Below are positions 47,880-59,452 of a DNA stretch of 64,000 nt, one piece after another (position 1 is the stretch's first letter; each line of letters starts with the position of its first letter). The DNA comes from Malacoraja senta (taxonomy: Eukaryota). The stretch is taken from NCBI GenBank assembly GCA_038087875.1, contig CM075994.1:4900001-4964000 (forward strand), written 5' to 3'. The position numbers and the translations under genes are program-made. The notes below the pieces were generated by a model that worked only from the letters and a program-made list of their open reading frames with translations, had not been told where the DNA came from and did not search any database.

Positions 47880-50800
47880 CATGTTCTGATTTAAAAAGTT
47901 CTTGTTTGTCCATTTAGAAAAGTCTGATTTTTTCCAAATGTAAGGTCTCCGACATTTCCATAATCCACATTTTAATTCTGGGGGTTATAGGACTTTTCCA
48001 AATTTTTAACATTAATTTTATTCCAGTTATAATACTATAGTCGATGAAGTTTCTTTGGGTTGTTGTAAGTGTTAGACTTTGTTCCGATATTCCTAGTATT
48101 ATTAATTTTAAATCAGGATCCAATTGAGTGTTGACAACTATAGATATTATTCTAAAAATGTCCGTCCAATTTTTTTTGATTTTTATACAATTTGCGAATG
48201 TGTGTTAGGTTAGCCTCTAATTGTTGACATTTATCACAGATAGGGGAGATATGTGGGAAGATTATATTTAGTGTTGTTTTAGAATAATGTATTCTATGTT
48301 GTACTTTAAATTGTATTAAAGAGTGTCTGGCATTTAATGAACATTGATGTATATGTTGCAAACTTTCATTCCAAATATCTTTCGTTATTGTTTGGCTTAG
48401 TTCATTTTCCCATGTTTGCCTATATAAATCCGTCGGTGGTATCTCACTAATAGGATGTTATATGTATGAGATATTAATTTTTCTGTATTAGGGTGTTTAT
48501 TCAAACAATCATCAAGGATTTCTGGATCTCTAGTTCTAAAGTTTTGTGTGTTTGATTTAACATAATCTCTAAGTTGTAAATATCTGAAAAAATCATTTGA
48601 GTGGAGTCCATAAGTCTGTTGTTGCTCCTGAAAGGAAAGAAAGGTGCCTTTCTTATAAAGTTGTCCCATCTTTTTAATTCCATAATTTTTCCATTGTATG
48701 AATCCTTTATCCAACCGAGAAGGTTTAAATGAAGGGTTGTTCACGATGGGAAGAAAGAGTGATAAATTATCCAATTTTAAGGTCTTATTTAATTGTTTCC
48801 AAATTCGCATACCACTGTATATTATAGGATTTTCCCTGTAAGTTTTTTAATTCAATTTTGAGGTAGCAAACAGTATCGAACCAATTTCAAAGGGTAAACA
48901 ATCATCCTTTTCCATCTTTAAGCAATCTGGATGCTGGTCCATTTTTTCCAGCCAAAAATTCCTACTTTTATTATTAACTGCCCAAAAATAAAACAAAAAA
49001 TTCGGTAAAGCTAAACCTCCATTTATCTTTGATTTGCACATATGTTTTTTTGCTTATTCTACGATTCTTATAATCCCAGATAAAATCAGTGCTGATGGAA
49101 TCCAACTTTTTAAAGACATTTGTTGGCAGATATATCGGGATTGATTGAAGGAGGTATAATAAATGTGGTAAAAAATCATTTTTATGGCATTAATTTGTAT
49201 CAAACATTGAAATAGGAAGTGCCTTCCAATACTGAATATTCTTGTGTAGTTTATTCTGTAAAGGGTGGAAATTTATTTAAATAATGACGCATATGTCTTA
49301 GTGACATAAATTCCTAGATATTTAAATTTTTCATTAACTATTTTAAACGGGATTTGTTGTATTATGTGTAGATTGAGTTCCGTTATTGGCATGATTTCGC
49401 TTCTATTCCAATTATTTCTGTATCCGGAAAGCAAACCAAATTGAGTTATTACATTTAATAAGTTTGGGATACTAACTTCTGGTTTTGTAATGTAAATTAA
49501 TACATCGCCTGCGTATCAAGAAATGTTACTCACTGTGTCTTTAGTATTATACCCGTATATTCCAGATGGGTCCTAACTCTTTCAGCAAGTGGCTCAATAG
49601 CGAGTGCAAACAATAACGGAGATAGCGGGCATCCTCGTCTACAACCTCTGGATCAATTAAATTTAGTTGATAACATTTGATGTGTTAATATTCTAGCTGT
49701 TGGGTTAGTATATAAAAGTTTTACCCATGTACAGAACTTCTCACACAATAGAAATGTTTCCATCACCGAAAATAAATAGTGCCATTCAACCTGATCAAAT
49801 GCTTTCTCAGCATCTAGCGAGATTATTGCCAGGTCTACGTTACTGATTCTCCTTGAGTACATTATATTAAATAATCGTCTCAAATTATAAGATGAGTACC
49901 GTTTCGGGATAAAACCTGTTTGGTCAGGGTGTATTAATTTATTAATTACTGTACGTAATCCTTGTGCTGGGATTTTAGTTTATATTTGCTGATCGGTATT
50001 TAAAAGAACAATTGCTCTGTATGAGCCTGGGTCTTCAGGGTCCTTATCTGCCTTTGGTATAAGTGTTATTATAGATTCGTTTAAATTTTCTGGCAGTTTG
50101 TGTTGAGTGTAAATGTACTAATACAGTGTTTGTAAACGTGGAGAGACCAAATCATAATTGTTTAAATAAAATTTAGAACATATACCATCTGGGCCGGCTG
50201 CTTTGCCGTTTTTTAAAGATCTAATAGACTCTTCAATATCTATTACCGTAATTCCAACTTCTAGTAATTATCTGTCTTTTGAGTCTAAACCATTTAGATT
50301 GCATTTTTGTAAGATTGCTACTATTCCTTCCGGCTGTTCTATAGTTTTAGCTGAGTAAAGATTTTGATAATATTGCAGAAATCTCTCATTTATATCCTTG
50401 GGCAGTATTAATAATTCTCCCATGTCTGATCTAATTTTGTCGATTGTTTTTCCCACTCCAATTTTCGAAGCCGACGTGCAAAGGGTTATTATGGATTGTC
50501 TCCGAATTTGAAATGTAATTGTTTAGTGTGCTGGTAGAGTTTTATTACTTGTTCTGAGTATATTTTATTTAATTTATATTTCAATACAGCAATTTTATTG
50601 TGTTTTATTGTAGATAGTGCAGCCGCATTTTCTATATCTGATTGCTTTATTTCGCTTTCCAGTATCTGTTGCTTAACCCGGTTCTCTTTATTATAAAATG
50701 CGTGGGAGGAAATTAATGGTCCTCGTGTAAATGCTTTTAAATGTTTCCCAAAGAAGTGAGGCAGGTGCTCCAGAGTGGTCATTAGTCTAAAAATATATAT

Positions 50801-51620
50801 TAATCTGTTTAATAAGATATTTCGCACATGCTTTTTCATTTAAAATTTGGGGGTTAAGTCCCCAATGTGTTTGTTTATCGGCCATTCCATTTAGTTAAAT
50901 CCTAAATGTTAAAGGTACGTGGTCTGAAATTATAATATTATGATATTTCGAATTGTAGGTAAATGGGATGAGCATAGAGTCTACAAAAAAATAGTCTAAT
51001 CTTGAGTAGGATTTATGTACCGATGAGTAAAATGAATATTCACGTCCGGTTGGATTTTCGATTCTCCAGACATCCTTAATATTAGTGGTATTAATACATG
51101 AGTTTAGAAATTCTCTTGACTGAGATTTTACTTTTCTATGTCTTGATGATCTGTCTAAATAAGTATCTAGTGTACAATTTAAATCTCCTCCAATTATTAA
51201 TTTGTATTGTGTGGGTTCTGGGATTGTATTGAATGTTTTCTTGAAAAACATGGGACTATCAAAATTAGGTCCATAAACATTAAGAAGAATCACTTTTTTG
51301 CGTTTAGCTCTCCTACTAATACATTTTATCTACCATCGTTGTCCGCTATAGCAGATGTATGTTTAAAAGGTATCACTTTACGGATTAATATTGCGGCTCC
51401 TCTGGAGATATGTGAGAAAGAGGAATGATACGTTTCCGCAATCGATTTTGCTTTCAGTCTATGTTGTGATTCCTTTTAAAGGTGGGTTTCTTGAAGGAAT
51501 ATTATGTCTGTCTTAAGTATTATTAAATGTGCTAAACTTTACCTCTCTTGATTGGTTCATTAATTCCCTTAACATTCCAACTACAATTGTAATTCCTTCA
51601 CCCACAAATGTCATATCAAC
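47880..51620 (-). pseudogene. L1 ORF2 (APE endonuclease, RT, Cys-rich domain), heavily disrupted
   Basis: [68 protein letters not shown]. Confidence 0.9.
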
Positions 51621-52565
51621 GTCTTGCATATTATTTCCAGGGTGGTCTGTAAAAGAGCAGATGGATCAACACACAAAACCTGACATTACACCCGAACATC
51701 AGATAGATGAATTTTTAATCTCGTAGATCGTTCTTCCTTGCATATCTCCGTGGATTAAAATTATGATTCCATTCAAACTTAAAATTATAATAAAGTTTAA
51801 AATAAGAAAAGTAATAGGGTAGATGATTAGTAAAGTGCGAAATAAAGAAAAAACTACATCTATACTTGGTGTAGTTAGTGTTAGCCACAACAGTGTGGCT
51901 AGCATTCTAAAGACTTCCGCAGCCTTTGTAAAAAAAATCCTAGCTCCGTGCTTTCCATTAAAAAATCAATAAAGCAATTTCTTGGGTAGTAAGAAAACAT
52001 TTAAAAAACAATGAATTTTATAATCCGTTAATAAAAAAGTTATTATTATCAGGTTACCATATTAATCTCATATTTATGTATATATTTTTTAATCTAAAAG
52101 TAATGAGGAAAACCCCAAACCCTTATTAATAAATGGCCTAAATTAAATCTTACTGGTAGTCATATTTCATATAATCATATAATCATATAATCATATTTTA
52201 ACTGTTTCTACGCAAACCAATTAATGGTAATTATTAATCGTTAGTAATAGTCATTAGTAAGGATGGATGTTTATAAATGTTATAAATGTTAATAATAATA
52301 GTGATATTTGGTAATTAATAATTATTAACTACAATATTAAAATATAAATGTAATATATTAGTTATGTAATTAGTAATAATCAGTAATTAGTAACAATTAA
52401 CAATAATACTAAGGAATAATTCTAACATATCAATTTCACTAGGAAAAAATTTGCTCCACTATCCTTATCAATTTTCAGTAGTCCTTAAGTATAACAATTT
52501 AAAGTTCCTTTAGTACTCTACGAGGTCGCGCTGCTCGTTGACGCCTGGAAAATGATGTGTGTTGT

Positions 52566-53770
52566 TCAGTCTACGGTCACTTTCTCCATATTCTTGTCGA
52601 ATTCAAGTGCTTGTTCATGGTCTGTGAAGAGTTGTTCCTTCTTATTGTAGCTGACTCTAAGTGTTGCGGGATACATCAAGCCATATCTCACATTTGGTAA
52701 GTTCTTCAGTAATCTTCTTGTCTCTGTAAACAGCGCTCTCTTCTTAGAGACTTCCATTGGGTAGTCTCGGAAGATGCTGATCCGCTCTCCTTCAAAAGTG
52801 AGCTCTCTCACTTCACGACTTTTGCGCACTTTCTTTACTTTTCTTACTTCTATCTTTCTTTTAAAGCTTAAAAAAATGAAGCGGTACAAAAAATGTATTA
52901 AGATATATGTGTTGTGTATTACTGTAATTTACCGTACTTCTAATAAAAATAATTTAAAAAAAATTAAAAAAGTGAGCTCTCTGTTACGGACAACTTTCTT
53001 CATCATGTCATCCAATTCGTGATCGTATTGTACCTTTACTATCAATTGTCTTGGGGGGGCATCATACCGTGGACGGCGCCTCAGCGCTCTATGTGCTAGA
53101 TCAAGTAAAGGCTTTTAATCCAGATTTAAGACTTTTTGTAATAAGTCTGCCGCAAATTCACGGGGGTCTCGACCCCCCCTTTCTTCCTTCTTTGAAACCT
53201 ACAATTCTTAAGTTCTGGCGTCTCTGGCGCCCCTCCAAATCAATGCATTTTTCATTTAATTTACTCAGCATTTCTGATAAGCGTTGATTATCGATGAGGA
53301 GTCGTTTTGTAGTTTCAGCACTTGTCGCAGCAAATTTCTCTAGCTCGGTTATTGCTGTATTTTGTTGTTCTAATGACTGATTGATGGGGTTCAACTTATC
53401 ATTAAAGCTGGTTTCCATCGAATTGATTTTAACATTTACCTCTTCCATCTGATCATTGAAACTTTCTTCCATAGTCAGCTTCCAAGTTTGCGGTATTTCG
53501 GAACAGTGTTGGTAATTTCTTCTTTAAATTCTTCTTTAAAAAAGTTGAATTCCTCTTTAAAGTTCAGTTTTTCATTAACATTTTTGAGTTTCTCCTGTAT
53601 ATTCTTAATTTCTAGGGAGAGAAAACTACGAAGTTCTTCTAATTCTGTTTTTTTTTGGCTTTGGTTTCTTTGATACATCTTCCTGGGACATCGTTGAAAT
53701 TGAGCCCGAGGCTTCAGTTGGGCCTACCTCTTCTGCCGGTGTTCTGAACTTACCGGTCTTTTTTGGCTTA
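52566..53770 (-). pseudogene. L1 ORF1 (coiled coil, RRM, CTD), disrupted
   Basis: DLEGRQRRQNLRIVG and FEGERISIFRDY...YPATLRV motifs. Confidence 0.88.
52809..52967 (+). mobile_element. 5'-truncated retroposed 3' end (L1-like) nested in L1 ORF1
   Basis: AATAAA plus A-rich tail. 15-bp TSD aaaagtgagctctct at 52794-52808 and 52968-52982. Confidence 0.85.
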
Positions 53771-53960
53771 ATGTATGTTGTGTAGATATACCGCTAGAAT
53801 CGCGCGCCTGATGACGTCACGAACTCGTTGAAGGCAGCCGGTGCAGTAGCAACAGGTAGGTCCCGATTTTCTCCCCGTTTTAGCGAATTTCTCAGCACGG
53901 AGCTAGTAGGCGCTAGGCTCTATGCCTCCATAGCGCAACCGCAAGTCTCTCTCTCTTCTT

Positions 53961-54290
53961 TTTTTTTTTTTTTCCTTTATTAAATTCTTGCACTTTACAG
54001 TGCATCAAAACAACACAAACTTTTAATAATGGTCACAATACACCAACAAGTCATTATCATATTTTGGTTCAATCTTAATTCACAATGCTCTCGACCCCTC
54101 GCGGGGCGACCAGCGTACACGGAAGGCCTCGAGCTTCCCCATGGACACCGGGTGTTCCCTCACCAGCACCGACATAGGCCCAGAAGAGGGGCCGACAGCC
54201 GACTCTAGTGTGACCATCTATTGACTCTAGTGTGACCACCGACCGCCCTCTGCCTGACCGCCCGCTGCCTTGGCCAGGCCCATGAGCAAA
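53961..54290 (-). mobile_element. Tx1-clade LINE 3' fragment
   Basis: Poly(A) and AATAAA on the minus strand. C-terminal remnants CRPLFWAYV and LEAFRVRWSPRG resemble Tx1 ORF2 ends. Confidence 0.65.
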
Positions 54291-54499
54291 TCGACAGGGG
54301 GTTCCATTCTCATTTATGAATCGTGTCACTTGGAATACATTATAAAACTACGAATGGGCATATAAGTTACATATATTAAGCAACACAACTACGCCGATTT
54401 TTATAAGAGGATTAAACCCTCGGCTGCATTTTATACTCGAAGTTATCAGACAAAACATTGCGTTGCAATTTCGACGGATTACATTGCATTTCCTGCATA

Positions 54500-55930
54500 A
54501 TAACCTAATCTACTCGCTTAGCCTTTCCGTGATATATTCCAACCGCATTGCTGGACAGTTACCCAACAAAGATTCAAGCGTTTGACCCCTCTTTATACAA
54601 TACATCTTCTTCCACCGCATGATCCCATGGAAACACATTTTCACACTCATCTCCAAACGGCTGCACCTCCGAATCACCGGCAATCCTTCACCGCCACAAC
54701 ACATTCCCGCACTGGATCGTCCGCCTTCTGACACCAAGACCACAATCAGGTAGTTAGAAAACGCCTCCCTTACGCATTAGCCGCATCGGCTCCGACTTCA
54801 TTATAACTTTGCAAATCACATCACTGCCCTGGGACGGATTAGGTACAATGATGAGACACAGCACATGAACGATTTCCAACTGTAATGTAGTGCGAGAAGA
54901 ATGTCAACTGTTTATCGATGTCAGCAAGACGAAGGAAATAGTTATCTAATTCAGAGTATATGGTGGAGTAGATGCTCCAATCAGCGTAAATAGTGCATGA
55001 GTGGAAATAGTTGGGAGTTCCTCGGCGTTAGTATCATCAACTGTAATACCTCGGTCGGGGCCATCGACATGGATGCGACCTGCAAAAATGCACACCAACG
55101 CCTCCCAGACGAGACCGAGGAAATACGGCGTATTCGAAGGACTCTTCCATAAATGGCAGATGTAACATACTGCCGGGATGCTTCGCGGCTTAGTTTCGGA
55201 TAAGTTCACCTCAAGATCACAATAATCTGCAGAGAGTTGTAGATACAGTCCAGTCTATCACACAGATCAGTCTTTCCAAGGGAGACAGTTCAGCGGATGA
55301 GACAGTAAATTTGGAGCGAAGCGAATAGGCAACGTTTCGGGTCGACAACCTTCTTCTTCAGAAGAACGTCTGAAGAAGGGTTTCGACCCGAAACATTGCC
55401 TATTTCCTTCGCTCCATAGATGATGCCTCACCCGCTTAGTTTCTACAGTATTTTTGTCTACCTTCGATTTTCCAGCATCTGCAGTTCATTCTTAAACGAT
55501 CAGACTACTCCACTTCGACTGCATCTGGACTTCACGATGCCACTGGAAAAACATAACCAGAGATGTATCCTACTCCGCGCATTCATTCTTCCTTCTCCCG
55601 TCCGGCTGAAGGTACGGACGCTTGGAAAAACGTAAGACAAAACTCCGAAATAATTTCATTTTAGTTTTATCAGCTTTCTTTTCAATGATCACATGAGCTC
55701 GACTACTGTCCGATTCACGCCAACACTATTGTTGACATTGGACTTTGATATCAAACTGGCGCACTACATGCTGACAATTTAATTTTGCACTTCCATTTTG
55801 CTATGTTCATTGTGCTTTGGTTTGACTTGATTTTACTGATGTATAGTATTGTCTAATAAGGTGGGATCGGGTTAAAACAAAGCTTATATCTATACGTCGG
55901 TGGCATTAGTTGGCAATAATAAAGCTAAGC
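54500..55930 (+). mobile_element. Highly decayed Rex1/Babar-like LINE fragment
   Basis: Degenerate RT-like stretch (aatgtcaac...aagacgaaggaaatagttat), a C-terminal section paralleling 26285-26600, and AATAAA near 55917. Confidence 0.5.
55313..55415. ncRNA. Two head-to-head hammerhead-ribozyme-like cores in a Penelope-derived palindromic repeat
   Basis: Plus strand: CTGAAGA-a-GGGT(TTCG)ACCC-GAAAC at 55370-55394. Minus strand: CTGAAGA-agaa-GGT(TGTCG)ACC-c-GAAAC-GTT. Confidence 0.55.
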
Positions 55931-56859
55931 CTAATCCTGCCGATTTCGAAACTTACAGTTTGTGGATCGTGATTTGTTTTGTTTTTGCTGCTCAATTCCT
56001 GAACAAGTCAATTAATATGACAAATAACCAATGCAACCCAAGTCATAGTTCCGCTAGTAAATCTCTCAGTTTATTTCCATACATTCAATCGAACGAAGAT
56101 TACTTTCGCCACTTGAATGACCTGATGGAGAAATGATAACGTTTGCCTTTCCAGCTAATAGTTATCCTACATCTCTCACCACCACATGTAAATCGTTTAA
56201 TATCATTTCACGGGCATTGTATTTTTGTTTTATTAGCCATTCATTCCTATGTGCTCGAGCCACGAAAACAAATCGTGCTGACATGTTTAACATGTTTGGC
56301 ATGTGCTAAAATATGGCAGAACAACGGATTTGGAAATATGGACCAGTCTAAAAACGAGCTTGTGATCCACTGGTATTCTTTATGAATAGTTTACTTTTTC
56401 ATACCTTCATCCTTTGGTCGTAAAAGCACCTCTGTGGAAAAACGGACAGACTTGAACACATTTAAATAATACATGACCTTTCTATTCGATGTTTCAGTAT
56501 TCAATGGACAGTTAGCGAAATTATATATTTTTTACGAGGAATTCAATTGCTTAATAAATGAGATATAGTTTAGTATCGTCTGTGCTCTGGAAGGGTACGT
56601 GCGTAATTAGGAAATTGCGTCAGGGTTTGAGAAGATGTTGGTGAGATAACAGTTGCAATGAGCATAATAGCAGAACATATCAACATATCATTTTGATTTT
56701 GGATTTGGATAAAAAGGTAGACAAAGGGCATACATAGAATTCATATGTCAGATCCATGGAACGTTCAGTAAATATTATATAAGCAGTTTTTTATGGTTCT
56801 CTAAATCCAATTTCGATAGCCATTAATAAGAGAAAATTTGAAAGTAAAAGCTAGCGCAC

Positions 56860-57915
56860 TCACGACACACAAAATACCACAAAAACGAGCATTCCGGACG
56901 TCGTTTCTTGATTAATTAGTCGTTTATTGAAGTAATACAAAACAAAAACGTAACTCATAACTTCCCGTTCTTAGTCGCTGTTCCATTTACTTCACACGAA
57001 TCACATAAAGGGTTCTGCTTATGAAGGTATGTCGTCTCGTAACATGTTTGTGGTGAGCATGGTAGACACATATTTTCCCTCATACTCCGACAGAAACTAT
57101 GGAAAGAATTAGAGCTGTGAGTCTGCGCGAGACTCCTCTTACAAAAGAACACACCCTTACTACTTTTCAAATCCCACCTACAAAACTACAGACAGATAAG
57201 TACTAAAATATAAAAAAATATTAGACATTGCTATAATATACTGGCTTAAGCTTAATGGCTCCTAACTACCGGTCCCTAATTGTTCTGAATAAACAACGAG
57301 GCAATTACCAATATACAATATAAAGGGAGCTATAAAAGCTTAACATTTATCAACAAACAAAAGTAATATGTATTATACATTAGCATTCAGACTTCTTTAG
57401 CGAGCCTTTCATCTTCACCTTCGCCAAGAAGCAGACGTATCTTGGTTATCGGTCGTACAAAGACATTCGTCTGAAGTCATACTGTTTGCACCACACCTTT
57501 AACATCAGGCATTATCTCCAGTATTCTGCCCAAACCCCAAAGTTTCGACAGCATGTAAGTTATTTTCAATGTCCAATCTGTTCATGAATATGTCGTAACA
57601 ATAGTGTGGAAATTTGAAATATGAAAGTCCTTCGAGAGAATAATAGGATGCTTAGACTCTTCATGAATTGCTAGTCTATTCAGACGACCACATGTTCTCA
57701 GTTGTCCTTGTTTTGAACGAACCCACCACTGTCATCAACTTATTCCATGATAATAAATGGGCCATTAAATCGTTCGTTGAGTTCACGGAATCTTCAACAA
57801 TAACATTCACTGTGATATTTTACTTGATTTCCGGTTCATTAGAAGAGATTTCAAATCCCAGTTCAATCTTTAGCCAGGCCATTCTCTGCCTGGCTTACAT
57901 AGTTATTGGTGTGTC
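56860..57915 (-). mobile_element. BEL/Pao LTR retrotransposon relic (pol fragments and probable 3' LTR)
   Basis: Minus-strand remnants SWNKLM, GRLNR...SKHPIILSK, and WGLGRILEIMPDVKGVV...RPITKIRLLL (BEL integrase C-terminal motif). Confidence 0.75.
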
Positions 57916-58647
57916 CCACTTAGTAGCTTTCCACAGCAACCTCTGGTGAACCTGCCCGCCAACCATGGTCGCCGCAAGGTCGCCACGAGGTCACATGAGG
58001 TTTTGGGCATTCTCCCTAATGGTCGAAAGTGGTTTCCGCGTGGTCGAGGCTTCATATAGGTTGCTGCTTTTTTTCATCATGATTAATACCGGCCTCAACT
58101 AAAAATAATTCACCGTTTGAAAATCGATATGTATTTAGTCGCAGGTCTAGTTATAGCTGTTTGTGTTGCTGGTCGTCGGTAGTCAAATGAGGTTGAAGGG
58201 CAGTGGAGTGGAGTCGCTAGTTACTTAGAGGCTGTCGAAGGCAGCCGTAGGCAATCTCCTTCGCTGACCGGCCATTTTGATTGGCTCATTGGAGTTTCAC
58301 CAATAGGTGATCCACTGGTACGTAAAATGCCCGCTTACATTATTATACTTCTTAAAACTGCCTCCACTCCTACTCCCCCCTTCTCTCTCCTTCTCTTCCG
58401 CTTCTCTTCCCTTCTCCCCTTCCCCATTCTTTCCACCTTTTCTCCCCCTAATTTCCCCTTCTGTCGACCTTCTCTCTCCTTTCTCTCTCCCCTTCTCTCT
58501 CCTTATGTCCCCTTCACTCCAAATCACTCTCCTTCTCTCCCCACCCCGCGCTCTCTAAAGGACATACCGTACTCTGTGGCAGCCGTTCACCTTCATCTCC
58601 ATCGCGCAGACAGCGCTACTCCGCTCTCCATGGTCCCCACCTTCGCG

Positions 58648-58690
58648 ATGTGTGTGTGTGTGTGTGTCTGTGTGTGTGTGTGTGTGTGTA

Positions 58691-58721
<31 letters not shown>

Positions 58722-58723
58722 GG

Positions 58724-58762
<39 letters not shown>

Positions 58763-58789
58763 TGTGTGTGTGCGTGTGCGTGTGCGTGT

Positions 58790-58832
<43 letters not shown>

Positions 58833-58881
58833 TGTGTGTGTGTGTGTGTGTTTGCGTGTGTGTGTGTGTGTGTGTGTGTGC
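58648..58881. repeat. (TG)n microsatellite
   Basis: Direct reading. Confidence 0.95.
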
Positions 58882-59079
58882 GGTCTGCAGATGCAGCTCG
58901 CGAATCGGTCAATCCAGCTCGCGATTTCAACGCGGCCGGTCGATCCAGCTCGAGGCTTTCCCGGCGAGTGCCCTCGAGACGGATGGACCGAAAGCAGTCT
59001 TCTGGACACGCTCGGATTAGTTTACGCGACCTATACAGGCGACTGCCGGCACCCGTGATATGTCGCCGAAATGTTCAAG

Positions 59080-59452
59080 CTGTTGAAAGAATCTACGACT
59101 CTTTGGAGTCCTCTCACCATTGTGCCTTCCCCCACAGTGGTGGTCATTGTGGGGGGATGATTTTGTGTTCTGTGCCTGTGCCTGTCAGTCCGTGTACAAG
59201 ATGACGGTCGGAGGGGAGAGTGGGCGCTGGCGCGAATTGGTCGCCGCTGCTCTCTCCTCAAATTGTGTTTCTTATTTTCTTTTGGTGCTTTTGAAATTGA
59301 ATTCTGTCCTTGATTTGTGTACTGTGGTGTTTTTATATTTAATTTATTCCGATTATGTGTTTTGTATTTTATTTGTGATTCTATGCATTGTAAGGTGTCC
59401 TTGGGTTTTAGAAAGGCGCCAGTAAATAAAATGATGATTATTATTATTATTA
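59080..59452 (+). mobile_element. LINE 3' fragment with (ATT)n tail
   Basis: Ends AATAAAatgatgattattattattatta; shares a motif with 21600-21950. Confidence 0.6.

Larger units (their letters stand above)
47550..53945 (-). mobile_element. Full-length decayed L1-clade LINE
   Basis: 5' end near gacttgcggttgcgctatgg, then ORF1, AT-rich spacer and ORF2 EN-RT-Cys remnants. Candidate 15-bp TSD tctctctctcttctt at 47535-47549 and 53946-53960. Confidence 0.88.
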
